The notes under the pieces are model-generated. The model searched no databases. It saw only the letters and a program-made list of their open reading frames with translations, and had not been told where the DNA came from. Shown here piece after piece: positions 1-9,052 of a DNA stretch of 64,000 bases; position 1 is the stretch's first letter; every line of letters starts with the position of its first letter. Origin of the DNA: a virus; IMG/VR virus record IMGVR_UViG_3300031746_000003, positions 1 to 64,000 of that record; one strand, written 5' to 3'. A program made the translations under genes and the position numbers.

Positions 1-2
1 TT

Positions 3-173
3 GGTGCCGGGGGGCAGAACACGAACGTCAGTGGAAACGGTGGCGCAGGTTCGGCCGGAACTGGCAACGGCTCAGGCGGTTCCGGTGGCAGCAGCGGCAA
101 CGCCTCGAATCGAGCCGGTGGTGTCGGCACGGTCGGCGCTATCCTTGTGCAAGAATACGGTTACGTCACGTAG
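3..173 (+). CDS. 3' end of a glycine-rich tail fibre/virion protein (partial)
   Basis: Frame 3 reads GAGGQNTNVSGNGGAGSAGTGNGSGGSGG...GAILVQEYGYVT*, a Gly-rich C-terminal domain typical of phage fibres; not in the ORF track. Confidence 0.65.
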   Translation, partial: GAGGQNTNVSGNGGAGSAGTGNGSGGSGGSSGNASNRAGGVGTVGAILVQEYGYVT

Positions 174-182
174 GAGAAGAAC

Positions 183-548
183 ATGCCTTTCATCATCACA
201 GCCCCCGAAACAAAGACCATCAGCCAGCAGTACGTACTCGGCACCGAAGTTCAGGTCGTGAACGCGACCCGAACCATCGACCGCGTGAACATCGAGCACA
301 TCATCACCAGTATGCCGATCAATAACCCGACCGGCGTCTCCATGACGGTCAAGTGGGCGCTCGGCTACATGGACGGAGTCGTATTCTTCCCGACCGAGCG
401 GGGCAGTGCCGAGCTGGCCGGTGAAGCGTTGCTGGCCAAGATGGTCGAGCCGGTGATTCCAGGGGCCACCCACTATGGTGATCACAAGGCCGCCCTATAC
501 GAGCTGCTAATCGAGCTAGGGCACATCCCGGCTGGAACTGTTGTATGA
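183..548 (+). CDS. hypothetical protein, possibly fibre-associated
   Basis: AGGAG RBS upstream; follows the Gly-rich gene. Confidence 0.6.
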   Translation: MPFIITAPETKTISQQYVLGTEVQVVNATRTIDRVNIEHIITSMPINNPTGVSMTVKWALGYMDGVVFFPTERGSAELAGEALLAKMVEPVIPGATHYGDHKAALYELLIELGHIPAGTVV

Positions 549-565
549 TAGTCTAAGATACTCCT

Positions 566-1108
566 ATGGCAGTTTTGCTAGTACAGAAGGTAGCCACCGC
601 TGTCCCACTTGAGCTCAGTATAGAGCAAGAGGGTGTCGGCGGTGTTATCGGTAAAGCTCCAACCGTGTCGCTCCGTGAGGGGGACACCGGAAACAGTTAT
701 TTAGACTGGGCGGACAACACCTTTAAAACGGTTGGTTGGACCATCAAGTTTCAGTCTATGACTGACATAGGAGTAGGTGTTTACCAGCGCCTACTAAATC
801 TATCCCTTGTCACCTCCGTACTGGCCGGAGACTTCTTAATAGCGGAGTATGCCGTGAACGATGGTGGAGATGTCATTGGCAATGACCTAGATACCCTCAT
901 CGTAAACGACACGACTACAGACCTATCTCTTCTACGTAAGTCGGTTACTAACAGACTGGAAGACTACCCAGGCAGCCCTGGGCATCTCATCCTGTTTGAC
1001 GACGATGGCACTACCCCGCTTAAGAACTGGGAGATACGCGACGCTTCTGGTGGAGCTGTGATAGCCACAGTGGGCTCCCCAGCTAAGAGGTCTGCGTCTA
1101 TCATATGA
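566..1108 (+). CDS. hypothetical protein, probably virion-associated
   Basis: 180 aa beta-rich ORF; ATGA overlap with the next gene. Confidence 0.6.
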   Translation: MAVLLVQKVATAVPLELSIEQEGVGGVIGKAPTVSLREGDTGNSYLDWADNTFKTVGWTIKFQSMTDIGVGVYQRLLNLSLVTSVLAGDFLIAEYAVNDGGDVIGNDLDTLIVNDTTTDLSLLRKSVTNRLEDYPGSPGHLILFDDDGTTPLKNWEIRDASGGAVIATVGSPAKRSASII

Positions 1109-1332
1109 GCACTAGGACTGGCTTCTTAGCCCGTGGTGGCAGCATAGGGGTTGGTATCCTCAGCGTGACGCATGGGTACGGCCCACTGTCTGACACCCCG
1201 TTAATCTTTGAGGGAGCTCCCAAAGCTAAGGAAGGTGGGATAGGCCCCCTCACTGCTATTGCTAGGCAGCCAAAGCCCACGATCTTGTCTCTACATCGAG
1301 AAGTCGTACGTAGAAAAAGAGTACCTAAATAA
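1105..1332 (+). CDS. hypothetical small basic protein
   Basis: Translationally coupled (ATGA) to the upstream ORF; ends at the convergent terminator. Confidence 0.45.
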   Translation: MSTRTGFLARGGSIGVGILSVTHGYGPLSDTPLIFEGAPKAKEGGIGPLTAIARQPKPTILSLHREVVRRKRVPK

Positions 1333-1359
1333 AAGCATGGGGGGCCCGTAGGCCCCCCA
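1327..1359 (-). terminator. intrinsic terminator with UNCG tetraloop ending the minus-strand replication operon
   Basis: Minus strand TGGGGGGCC-TACG-GGCCCCCCA followed by TGCTTTTATTT, between convergent genes. Confidence 0.8.
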
Positions 1360-1362
1360 CTG

Positions 1363-1782
1363 CTAGTGCATCTTATCTACGTAGTCCCCTAGTCTCTCAG
1401 GGTGTTGTACAGCGGCATAGCGTAGAGCTACTCCGATGGTGAACAACGCCTGACTTATGGATAGGGTTATCGGCACCTGTTGCTCTTGCCGCTTTGACAT
1501 GTAGAACATCACCGCCTTGATGAAGAACATGTAAGGATTGTGGGCAGGGTGATGCATGGGGTGGCTAAGCTTGCTGGTATGGCCGCAAGTTGTGCACATC
1601 CACCATTTACTCATACCCTCCCACCACTGTTCTCCAGTACACAAGACTTGGTCGTTTATGTCCCATGTCGGGTCAAGCGCATTTAGGGCTTTGCCGTAAC
1701 CGGTACGCCAGGGTTCTAACTTAGCTAGTGTGCTTAGGTCGTGCATAGGTTGTCCTTCTGCAGTCGACCTTCCCTCGGTCAC
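1363..1782 (-). CDS. hypothetical protein with CxxC motif
   Basis: WMCTTCGH motif; last gene of the operon; start may be the ATG at 1746. Confidence 0.55.
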   Translation of the reverse strand: MTEGRSTAEGQPMHDLSTLAKLEPWRTGYGKALNALDPTWDINDQVLCTGEQWWEGMSKWWMCTTCGHTSKLSHPMHHPAHNPYMFFIKAVMFYMSKRQEQQVPITLSISQALFTIGVALRYAAVQHPERLGDYVDKMH

Positions 1783-1967
1783 GTGTCAAAGACAGCAGCC
1801 CGAAGCTTTGTTCTGATGGCACTGTCTGAATCATCTGGCACATAGACCCCAAGCTCTTGGGCCAGTGCCCTCGCTTCGACTGGTGACATGCTGCTGATGC
1901 TCCCAGGTATCTCTACCAAGTCGGATACATCAGGCAGCACGCTACCTGGCCAAAGCGAGCTTACTAT
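1779..1967 (-). CDS. -1 frameshift extension of the 1964..2734 protein (62 aa, HeH/Rho-N-like helix pair)
   Basis: Open -1 frame after G GGA AAA reads IVSSLWPG...MSPVEARALAQELGVYV...IRTKLRAAVFDT*; fills the gap and its TGA overlaps the next GTG. Confidence 0.65.
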   Translation of the reverse strand: MVSSLWPGSVLPDVSDLVEIPGSISSMSPVEARALAQELGVYVPDDSDSAIRTKLRAAVFDT

Positions 1968-2734
1968 TTTCCCTCTTCTTCCTCGCTGTCTTCAGCGAGC
2001 TTCTCCATGACAGCCTGCACCCCTCCGTCGTCTAGCTCACTCAAGATGAGTGCAACCAGTGCCTCTCTGCTGATGTTCATCTGGCCCTCGACCAGCATCA
2101 ACAGCAGAAGACTCTGCACCTGAAGCATCTTTGCTTGTCCCAGCACGATATCGTAGAGCTCTGCTACCGTATCTGGGGTCTCTTCCAGTGCCTTGTCCAG
2201 CTTAGCCGTGGTGGCATGTAGGGAGCTCAGTATCTTGAGAACGACTCCTGGGTCTGACGGTGCCTGTGCTGCCTGAGGTGGCTGAAAGGCTACCATCTGC
2301 GGTGGGCCTTGATGCCCATTACCCGCCCCACCGATGTTACCTGGGTCACTAGCGGTGACTGGGGTACGCTGTACAGCAGGTGCCATAGGAGCTGGCATCC
2401 CCATGGGTGCAGGCTGTGGTGGCATTCGGGCCATCATCTGCGGTGCCATCATCGGCTGTGGTGGCATCTGCTGTGGCATCATCTGTGGAGGCTGTGGAGG
2501 CTGTGCTGGGCTCATCATGGACACTTGTGGAGCTGCTGGGGCATTCTGCAGCGCCGCTGCCAGCACAGCACCCTGCTCTGCGGGAGTAGCCAGCAGAAAA
2601 GTCTTCTGCCCCTCTGAATCGGCAGCATTGAGAACACCAAGCTGCATAGCCAAGCGGTACTTAACTGGCTTGGGTAGCAGAGCTAGGGAAGCTGGGTCTC
2701 TTGGCAGGGTCGACGGATCTGAAAATTGGTTCAT
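1964..2734 (-). CDS. Gln/Pro/Met-rich hypothetical protein ending at a slippery site
   Basis: Low-complexity PQMM/PPQP linker between helical ends; ends EEEEGK*. Confidence 0.7.
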   Translation of the reverse strand: MNQFSDPSTLPRDPASLALLPKPVKYRLAMQLGVLNAADSEGQKTFLLATPAEQGAVLAAALQNAPAAPQVSMMSPAQPPQPPQMMPQQMPPQPMMAPQMMARMPPQPAPMGMPAPMAPAVQRTPVTASDPGNIGGAGNGHQGPPQMVAFQPPQAAQAPSDPGVVLKILSSLHATTAKLDKALEETPDTVAELYDIVLGQAKMLQVQSLLLLMLVEGQMNISREALVALILSELDDGGVQAVMEKLAEDSEEEEGK

Positions 2735-3094
2735 CTAGCGGGCACCTTTTCTGTACATTTTTAGTGAGCGTTCGCTGCCTCTATTTTCAACGAGGCACGT
2801 TACAACCTGTGTATCCAAACAGCCAAAACACTGACGTGGATCTCCAGATCTAGCTGGGCACTCTAACTGAGCTTCCAACTTCTTCCAGTGGTCCAGGATG
2901 TACCCCATCAACCCATGTCTCCAGGAATCAATGGGGTGCATCTCCTCAGTAATAGGTAGTGGAGCTATGCTGCCCCACAAGAAGCCTATTAACTCTTCGC
3001 GGGTGGTACTTGGCAGTACTGGTATCCCTTGTGTTCTACAGAGCTGGTAAAGCTCTGTGTCATTGCAGCTATCGAAGATATTCTCCGAGGTCAT
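2735..3094 (-). CDS. hypothetical protein with HeH/SAP-like N-terminus and Cys cluster
   Basis: NDTELYQLCRTQGIP...TREELIGFL, then CP..C..C...C. Confidence 0.55.
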   Translation of the reverse strand: MTSENIFDSCNDTELYQLCRTQGIPVLPSTTREELIGFLWGSIAPLPITEEMHPIDSWRHGLMGYILDHWKKLEAQLECPARSGDPRQCFGCLDTQVVTCLVENRGSERSLKMYRKGAR

Positions 3095-3518
3095 TCGGTA
3101 GCAACCCCTCCTTTTCTATGTCCCAGATACATAGGATAGTATTCTCACCACCCCACTCTACTTGGGCTTTTGTAACGGCCACTAGCAGATGTTGACTGTC
3201 ATCTGTGCCTGCGGCAGTTATGAAGGCGTCCTCTAGTAGCTTAATGCGATTACTGGCGTCTATTCGCTTATACCTACTTTCTGCTTTTTCTGGCCAAGTG
3301 TCATTCAGTATCTTTTCGAAGTACAGCTTAATGGCGACACCATAAGCTACGTTCTTCTTCAGCTGCTGGAGCTCAGCTGGATACGTGCGCACTAGGTACG
3401 CCGCCGTTTCTACCTTGTACTTCTTGCCCTCTTTACTGAGGGTCCTACCACCACGAGGTAGATTGAAGTAGGCGTGGTTAACGGTGGGAGGTACACCATT
3501 GATACGAAAGCACAGCAT
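3069..3518 (-). CDS. rusA: RusA-family Holliday junction resolvase
   Basis: PPTVNH N-terminus, DASNRIKLLEDA and DDSQ catalytic motifs. Confidence 0.8.
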   Translation of the reverse strand: MLCFRINGVPPTVNHAYFNLPRGGRTLSKEGKKYKVETAAYLVRTYPAELQQLKKNVAYGVAIKLYFEKILNDTWPEKAESRYKRIDASNRIKLLEDAFITAAGTDDSQHLLVAVTKAQVEWGGENTILCIWDIEKEGLLPNDLGEYLR

Positions 3519-4102
3519 TAGCGTGGGTACCCCTTGCCGGGCATTCTATTGGGCAAGTTACCACCCTGCCGCTCATCGTTGAACTCCATCTGCTTGATGA
3601 CTAGCACCCTGGAGATCATCTTGAGTTCCCTATCCAGTGTCTCGAAGTCGCTAGAGAGAATACCCTCACGTTGCTTTGCTCGCTGTAGCAAGATCTTCAG
3701 CTCTTTGTAGCGTGGGTCTAGCTCCACCAACTCCTCTATCTCTTTGTCCGTTGGCTTCTTTACACCAGAAGAGGTAGCCGCCATCTTGGCGCCAGTACGT
3801 AGAGAGATTTGGATGTAATCCATCTCGTTCTCTACCTGCAGTCTCTCCCCCTTAGTCCTAGCTAGCGTGTCTGACGTATAGGCTAGCCAGGCACACTTGC
3901 TGGTGTACAGCTGTGTGTACTTGTCATTGTCCTGCGTGGTGAGTTGGTCAGCCGTGATGCGCTGACAGGCTACCCTTGGCAGCTCACTGGGCATGAACCC
4001 CTCTCGCATCAGCTGCACCTGTACGTCATCAAAGGTGTTCCATTCATCGTGTGTACGAGCTTGTTCGCTAGAGCTCATACCTGCGTTAGCTGGTAGCTTC
4101 AC
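3518..4102 (-). CDS. coiled-coil protein, possible UvsY-like recombination mediator
   Basis: Helical coiled coil with DKEIEELVELDPRYKEL; located in the RecA/nuclease cluster. Confidence 0.4.
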   Translation of the reverse strand: MKLPANAGMSSSEQARTHDEWNTFDDVQVQLMREGFMPSELPRVACQRITADQLTTQDNDKYTQLYTSKCAWLAYTSDTLARTKGERLQVENEMDYIQISLRTGAKMAATSSGVKKPTDKEIEELVELDPRYKELKILLQRAKQREGILSSDFETLDRELKMISRVLVIKQMEFNDERQGGNLPNRMPGKGYPR

Positions 4103-4971
4103 TTTAGCTTCCTCGGTGTTAGTGCCCTTGAGACCTGGGTCGGGGCGTTCTTTGGTTTCAGGTAGTTAGGTTTGCACTCATGCCCAAAGGGGCACCAACC
4201 ACAGGGCTGACCCTCTTCTCTGTCTGGCAACACACCAGTTGCCGTGGCTACGTCAGCCAAGGCATGGGCATTCGCAAATCTATGTTCCAGTGTCTCCCAC
4301 AGCTTAGGGTCAAACTTGCTGAGGTACGGGGGGGAACAGTCTGTGTAGTTCTGGTTAGACTTATTGTAGTAGAGCACCCACATTAGAGGGACGTCTAAGC
4401 AAGCCATGTATAGGCATGTCTGCTCCTTGTGGTCCTTCTTAGGCTCGTTGGTTTTCTCATACTCTCCGGCAGATGCTGTCTTTATCTCAACACCGACGCG
4501 CATTACTGGTACGCCGTCATCGCAGAATGTGAAGATACCGTCACAGCTAGAGTGGATGTTCCACTCTTTTGCTAGCTCTTGATGCTCTGGGGAGATGCGG
4601 GCTTCGTCTTCGAACAGCAGTGCCCCGTTGCTAGCAGCAGCCATCCTGTGGAAGTCATTCTGCAGCATGGAGTGAAGCGCGTTACCTACCCTGAAGCGCC
4701 TCGTCATGCCGACGTTTCTGGTGGCCGGGTCTACCCAGCGTTTAGTGTTGGTGAGGGAGTACACCACCTTCCTAAAGCAGCCAGATATCTCTGAGGCGTG
4801 AAGGCCCGCTGCTCTACCTCCTTCACCACCAATGTCCACCTTGTACTCAAAGCCACCAGGGTCAGCAGCTAAGAAGGTATCGTACATATCTCCTAGCTGC
4901 ATTGCCCTCTTTATCAGTGGCTCTAGGTCAGTGGCAGGTCTAGTTAGGTCACTGATTGACAGTAGCTGCAT
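4099..4971 (-). CDS. Cas4-like PD-(D/E)XK exonuclease (stand-alone)
   Basis: ASEISGC, CDG, VEIKT, QxxxY and C-terminal CGWCPFGHEC (1+3 Cys Fe-S pattern). Confidence 0.8.
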   Translation of the reverse strand: MQLLSISDLTRPATDLEPLIKRAMQLGDMYDTFLAADPGGFEYKVDIGGEGGRAAGLHASEISGCFRKVVYSLTNTKRWVDPATRNVGMTRRFRVGNALHSMLQNDFHRMAAASNGALLFEDEARISPEHQELAKEWNIHSSCDGIFTFCDDGVPVMRVGVEIKTASAGEYEKTNEPKKDHKEQTCLYMACLDVPLMWVLYYNKSNQNYTDCSPPYLSKFDPKLWETLEHRFANAHALADVATATGVLPDREEGQPCGWCPFGHECKPNYLKPKNAPTQVSRALTPRKLK

Positions 4972-5299
4972 TTACTAGGTTCTCCCAGTCTGAGAAGGGT
5001 ATCAGTACCCAACGTTCTTCTGTACGTAGAGTACCCGGATCTTTGAAGTCGATTACGAAGGCAGGAGTCTCAGACCCGTAGCACTCGCTACGTATCTTCA
5101 GGAGGTCAGCGCGTGTGACCGAGTAAGATTTGTTAGAGGTGTACTTAGCCTCTATTCGCAACTTACCCTTCACTCGCACATCACCCTTAAGGCCTGGGAT
5201 AGCACCAGACCCTGGTTGACGCCTACCACCCATGCTGGTCGCTATCTCTGACTCTTGTTTGGCAGAAGCTCGCTTTGTGCGCTTACCTGTAGTCTTCAT
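4949..5299 (-). CDS. Hjc-like PD-(D/E)XK resolvase/endonuclease
   Basis: E...GRRQPGSGA...GDV...IEAK motif; ATG at 5299 overlaps the RecA stop. Confidence 0.7.
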   Translation of the reverse strand: MKTTGKRTKRASAKQESEIATSMGGRRQPGSGAIPGLKGDVRVKGKLRIEAKYTSNKSYSVTRADLLKIRSECYGSETPAFVIDFKDPGTLRTEERWVLIPFSDWENLVNAATVNQ

Positions 5300-6606
5300 T
5301 AGCGATACTGACACTGAAGCCCACTGGCTGCTAGTACTTCACGTCGGACATGCAGTTCGAACTCGAAGTCGACCTGCATCATCTTTCTGAATGCAGGCAT
5401 TCCCGGTATGTCTTTCACACCGGTTATCTGTCCAGTCTCAGGGCTAACCATACTGATCTTCTTGTTATGCTCCACAATCAGGCCGAGCATTATTGCCTTC
5501 TGGATTACAGACTCAACCAGGTCAACGCCTATGGAACCACTGGTTGGGTAGTAGAACTCAGCCTCACCACGGACGTTGTCAGTAGCGCCTGCTTTGCCCT
5601 TCTCTAGTTCCCAGTGCATTACCTTACCCACGATGTGCTTCTTACCATCTGTGGTTTTCCAGATACGCTCACCATCGTTTAGAGCAATGTCTAGAAGCTT
5701 ACCGTGCTTACCAGCCCAGGCTCCTACAGCAGCGTGTGGCTTGATGTACTTCTGCATGTGCGCAGGAGCATTGGCTCTGTCCTGGTTAGCCCTTACCTGC
5801 GCCAAGAAGATCAATGTGGTCTCTATCAGACCGTTTAATCCAGTGGTGAGCGGGTAGTAGTGCAGTAGGAACTTCGTGATGAGGGAGGCGTTAGCAGCCC
5901 TCTTAGACTCATCGTCTAGGTCTTTAGCTGCATCAGCTCCTGGGAGCAGGGCACTAACAGAGTCTAAACCGATGATGTTGAACACGTTGAGCTTAACTGA
6001 CTCTAGTACGGCGTTAAGAATCTCCTCACCGGTACTGCCACGTATGATGACTACCTGGCCAGTCTGCTCCTTGAAACTCGCGTACTCATCTGCAGTGTAC
6101 TCCGGGATACCTCGGTCAGACCTGAATCTGTTCCAGCCACTTATGATGTCGTCTGGGATGGCTATCTTCATTCCAGCTAGGATAGCTAGAGAGTAGTCAG
6201 GGGCAGACTCTACGGGAACTATGCCTACGCAAGAAGCATCCCCGTAAAGCCGTTGGCACATAGCCATGTAGCGGTACATCAGGTACGTCTTACCGGCATT
6301 GTCAGGGCCAGAGATGTACGAGATGCCACCGGCTGGAAGACCACCACCAGTGTCTAGGTCCAGTTGCATGATGCCAGACGGCCTACGTAGCCCGTAGGGG
6401 TTGGCCACGTCACAGGCGAAGGCCAGTGTGGTCTTCTTGTTGTCTGAGTTGAGCTTCTGCATCAACCCCCTCACAACCATCAACTTGTGGCTGGCTGTGG
6501 CACCAGTTATCCCGGTGTGATGACTAACGGGGTCGGCTTTTTCAACCGGCCCCGCTGTCTTATCTTTACGCTTCTGAATCTTCTTCTTAGCTTTTTTAGC
6601 CGCCAT
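5299..6606 (-). CDS. recA: RecA/UvsX-family recombinase
   Basis: SGIMQLDLDTGGGLP, Walker A GPDNAGKT, Walker B LDSVSAL, QVR; RBS-supported start MAAKK at 6606. Confidence 0.85.
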   Translation of the reverse strand: MAAKKAKKKIQKRKDKTAGPVEKADPVSHHTGITGATASHKLMVVRGLMQKLNSDNKKTTLAFACDVANPYGLRRPSGIMQLDLDTGGGLPAGGISYISGPDNAGKTYLMYRYMAMCQRLYGDASCVGIVPVESAPDYSLAILAGMKIAIPDDIISGWNRFRSDRGIPEYTADEYASFKEQTGQVVIIRGSTGEEILNAVLESVKLNVFNIIGLDSVSALLPGADAAKDLDDESKRAANASLITKFLLHYYPLTTGLNGLIETTLIFLAQVRANQDRANAPAHMQKYIKPHAAVGAWAGKHGKLLDIALNDGERIWKTTDGKKHIVGKVMHWELEKGKAGATDNVRGEAEFYYPTSGSIGVDLVESVIQKAIMLGLIVEHNKKISMVSPETGQITGVKDIPGMPAFRKMMQVDFEFELHVRREVLAASGLQCQYR

Positions 6607-6760
6607 TCTTTTCCTTTTCAAACGGTTCAGAACCGTGTTCCTCACAGAGAAGTACGTTGCCGTGCTTTACTGGCGTTTTGCCACAGATGGGGCAGCCTTT
6701 GGCTGACTGCTTTTCCATGGCTTCTTGATCGATGTTTTCGTTGACGCCGAACTTGTCCAT
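6596..6760 (-). CDS. 54 aa Zn-finger microprotein (CxxC...CxxH)
   Basis: MDKFGVNENIDQEAMEKQSAKGCPICGKTPVKHGNVLLCEEHGSEPFEKEKNGG*; below the ORF track cutoff; fills the HU-RecA gap. Confidence 0.7.
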   Translation of the reverse strand: MDKFGVNENIDQEAMEKQSAKGCPICGKTPVKHGNVLLCEEHGSEPFEKEKNGG

Positions 6761-7080
6761 CTGCCTTTGTATCCTTCGTGCAGCTGCTGCTTGAATGCAG
6801 GAGCTTTGGCAAAGTGTACTCGTAGGCGTACTGGAACGTCTACTACTATTGTTCCAGTATTCTGGCCCTTCTTGAAGTTGCCCTTCTTGAGCACGGCCCT
6901 CTTACCGCCTACCTCTGCCGTGAGCTTGAAGCGGCCTAGGCTATCTACGTAGGCCACCCCATCCTCCATGATGGTGTTCTTCAGCTCTTGGACGAAGGCA
7001 GCGGTAATGAGGGCGACCTGCTTTTTGTTTATTCCCAGGTCTGCAGCAACGGCTAGGTCCAGCTCAAGCTTCTTCTTCAC
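6667..7080 (-). CDS. HU/IHF-family DNA-binding protein
   Basis: KLELDLAVAADLGINKKQVALITAAF...LGRFKL...VHFAKAPAFK HU pattern. Confidence 0.75.
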   Translation of the reverse strand: MKKKLELDLAVAADLGINKKQVALITAAFVQELKNTIMEDGVAYVDSLGRFKLTAEVGGKRAVLKKGNFKKGQNTGTIVVDVPVRLRVHFAKAPAFKQQLHEGYKGRWTSSASTKTSIKKPWKSSQPKAAPSVAKRQ

Positions 7081-9020
7081 TTGGCTTCCATCCAGGATTT
7101 ACCACTACCGATATCCACCGTGAGTGGGACGGCCAGGTCTGAGAACATGGAGTGTTCCATCCACTCTTTGATCTCCACCTTAGCTGCCTCAACTGTATCC
7201 TTAGGACATTGGAATACTAGCTCGTCATGAATGGCCAGTAGTGGCCTTGCCCCATAGGTACCTTCTACGTCGGCTACGTCACACATGATCTGTGCCATCT
7301 TTGCCACGTCGGCAGCTGACCCTTGAATCTGCGTGTTCACGGCTACGCGCTCTCCCCTGTTTCGCTCATCACCACGATGAGAGAACAGCTCTGGGACACT
7401 ACGCCTGCGGCCTAGTACAGTGAAGGAGAAGCCAGTTTGCTCAGCTTCTTCTATGGCTGCAGCGTAGAACTGCTTAACTGCAGGGTACGTCTCGAAGTAC
7501 CGAGCTACCTTCTCTTCAGCTTCTTCTCTGTCACAGCCAATAGCTACAGCTAGCTTTTTAGTGCCCATGCCGTAGTTCAGACCGAAGCCAATAGCCTTAG
7601 CCGCCTTTCTGGCGTCTACACATTCCTTGAGGTACGGGGTGAACTCAGACGGGTCCATCTCGCCAGCCTTAACCTTCTTGTTCACTTTGGTAGCATTCTC
7701 TATATCGTCGTACGGGATGTTAAACATGAGTGACGCATTACCCATGTGAATATCCCAGTTCTTTAGGAACACGCCGATCATGCCCTCTTCTTCAGCTGCA
7801 GCGGCCAGTAGACGCATCTCTAGCTGTTGATAGTCAGCTGCTATCAGGCAGTCACCATCGTCAGCAATGAAGGCATCTCTGAGCTTCCACTTGTCGTTCT
7901 CCACAGTGGGGATGTTCTGCAGGTTGGGCCCCGAGCTAGATAGACGGCCTGTACGAGCTACGTCCTGGTTGAACCGTGTATGGATACGGTCAAACGGGTC
8001 CATGAGGTCATAGAGGTTGTCTAGGTAGGTGCCTTCCAGTTTAGACAGATCACGATGCTGCAGTATCAACCCTATTATGGGGATGTGCGCGTAGTACTTC
8101 AGAACGTCCTCATCAACAGAGTTCTTACGTACGCCCGTCTTACCACCCTTAGTCTGTTTAATAGACTTGAGTTTCAGCTCTTCAAAAAGTAGCTGCTCTA
8201 GCTGCTTAGCACTCTTTGGGTTAAAGAGCTTACCGCGCAGTTTAGAGATATCACGCTCTAGCTGTTCTAGGTCAGCACGAACGATAGGTCTGACCTTCTC
8301 TAGGCGCTCTCTATCTATCTTGATACCATTACGTTCGTTCTTCCAAAGAACCTTCGTGTACGGCACCTCTATCTTGTCGAACAGGTCCCATAGCGTAGCT
8401 ATCCTGGGTCCTGTGGTCTTGTACAAGCTGTGCGTTACTGCATCCTGTAGCTCTGCTTTTAGCTTGTTGTAAGCGCACCAGGTGCCCCAAGCGTCGTTGC
8501 TGGCGTACTCGACAAGGAGATTGAAGTTCTCCTTCTCTGCCCTGAGAATGACGTCAGAGGCGCTCACGCCCTTCTTCACTGATATCTTACCGAAGGTATC
8601 TTGGAAGTCTTTCCAACGCCAACCAAGGACGTGGGCTGCTATCTCCTTCAGACCATGTGGCCGGTCCTCATAAAGGAGGGAGTGCATCACCTGTATGTCA
8701 GCCAACCTACCCTGTATATTGATACCTACGTTGGCCAGGATATGCGTGTCGTACTTGGCGTTGGCGAAGATCCAAGTCCTAGTCTTACTAGCGAATACCT
8801 CTGCGAAGTAGGGCAGGGTAGAGGCATTGAGCGCCATCTTCCTACCAGCCCAAGCCATGGACCAGTAGAGAGGTATGTCCTTCCAGGTGACTAGACCGGT
8901 GGTCTCAGTATCGATAGCAATCTCTGGCTGGTCGTTAGCCTCAGCCACGAGTTTAGCTAGTCGTTCTGTATGCGTGTGATCGTAGTACTCAGCATCTGGA
9001 GTTTCTACATTCCATGCCAT
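7077..9020 (-). CDS. polA: family A DNA polymerase with 3'-5' exonuclease
   Basis: Exo I DTETTG, NAKYD; TGRLSSSGPNLQNIP, motif A DYQQLEMR, motif B RKAAKAIGFGLNYG, motif C IHDELV. Confidence 0.95.
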   Translation of the reverse strand: MAWNVETPDAEYYDHTHTERLAKLVAEANDQPEIAIDTETTGLVTWKDIPLYWSMAWAGRKMALNASTLPYFAEVFASKTRTWIFANAKYDTHILANVGINIQGRLADIQVMHSLLYEDRPHGLKEIAAHVLGWRWKDFQDTFGKISVKKGVSASDVILRAEKENFNLLVEYASNDAWGTWCAYNKLKAELQDAVTHSLYKTTGPRIATLWDLFDKIEVPYTKVLWKNERNGIKIDRERLEKVRPIVRADLEQLERDISKLRGKLFNPKSAKQLEQLLFEELKLKSIKQTKGGKTGVRKNSVDEDVLKYYAHIPIIGLILQHRDLSKLEGTYLDNLYDLMDPFDRIHTRFNQDVARTGRLSSSGPNLQNIPTVENDKWKLRDAFIADDGDCLIAADYQQLEMRLLAAAAEEEGMIGVFLKNWDIHMGNASLMFNIPYDDIENATKVNKKVKAGEMDPSEFTPYLKECVDARKAAKAIGFGLNYGMGTKKLAVAIGCDREEAEEKVARYFETYPAVKQFYAAAIEEAEQTGFSFTVLGRRRSVPELFSHRGDERNRGERVAVNTQIQGSAADVAKMAQIMCDVADVEGTYGARPLLAIHDELVFQCPKDTVEAAKVEIKEWMEHSMFSDLAVPLTVDIGSGKSWMEAK

Positions 9021-9052
9021 GAAAAAGAAAAGGGGCCCGTGAGGGCCCCTTT
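9021..9052 (-). terminator. intrinsic terminator/attenuator directly upstream of the polymerase start
   Basis: AAAGGGGCCC-TCAC-GGGCCCCTTT then TCTTTTTC then ATG. Confidence 0.7.

Noticed and set aside
1-485. Track ORFs 1..261 (+) and 72..485 (-)
   Set aside because: Frame 3 Gly-rich ORF and 183..548 with an RBS explain the region better
1964-2734. Tail assembly chaperone (because of the GK* slippery end)
   Set aside because: Lies in the minus-strand replication operon with no tail tube or tape measure gene nearby, and is Gln/Pro-rich; the frameshift is kept but this label is not
2309-2738. Cys/Gly-rich and His/Trp-rich plus-strand ORFs resembling bacteriocin or RiPP precursors
   Set aside because: Antisense shadows of the PQM repeats in the real minus-strand gene
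4099-4971. CRISPR-Cas system suggested by the Cas4-like gene
   Set aside because: No repeat-spacer array or other cas genes seen; solo Cas4-like nucleases are common in phage recombination modules
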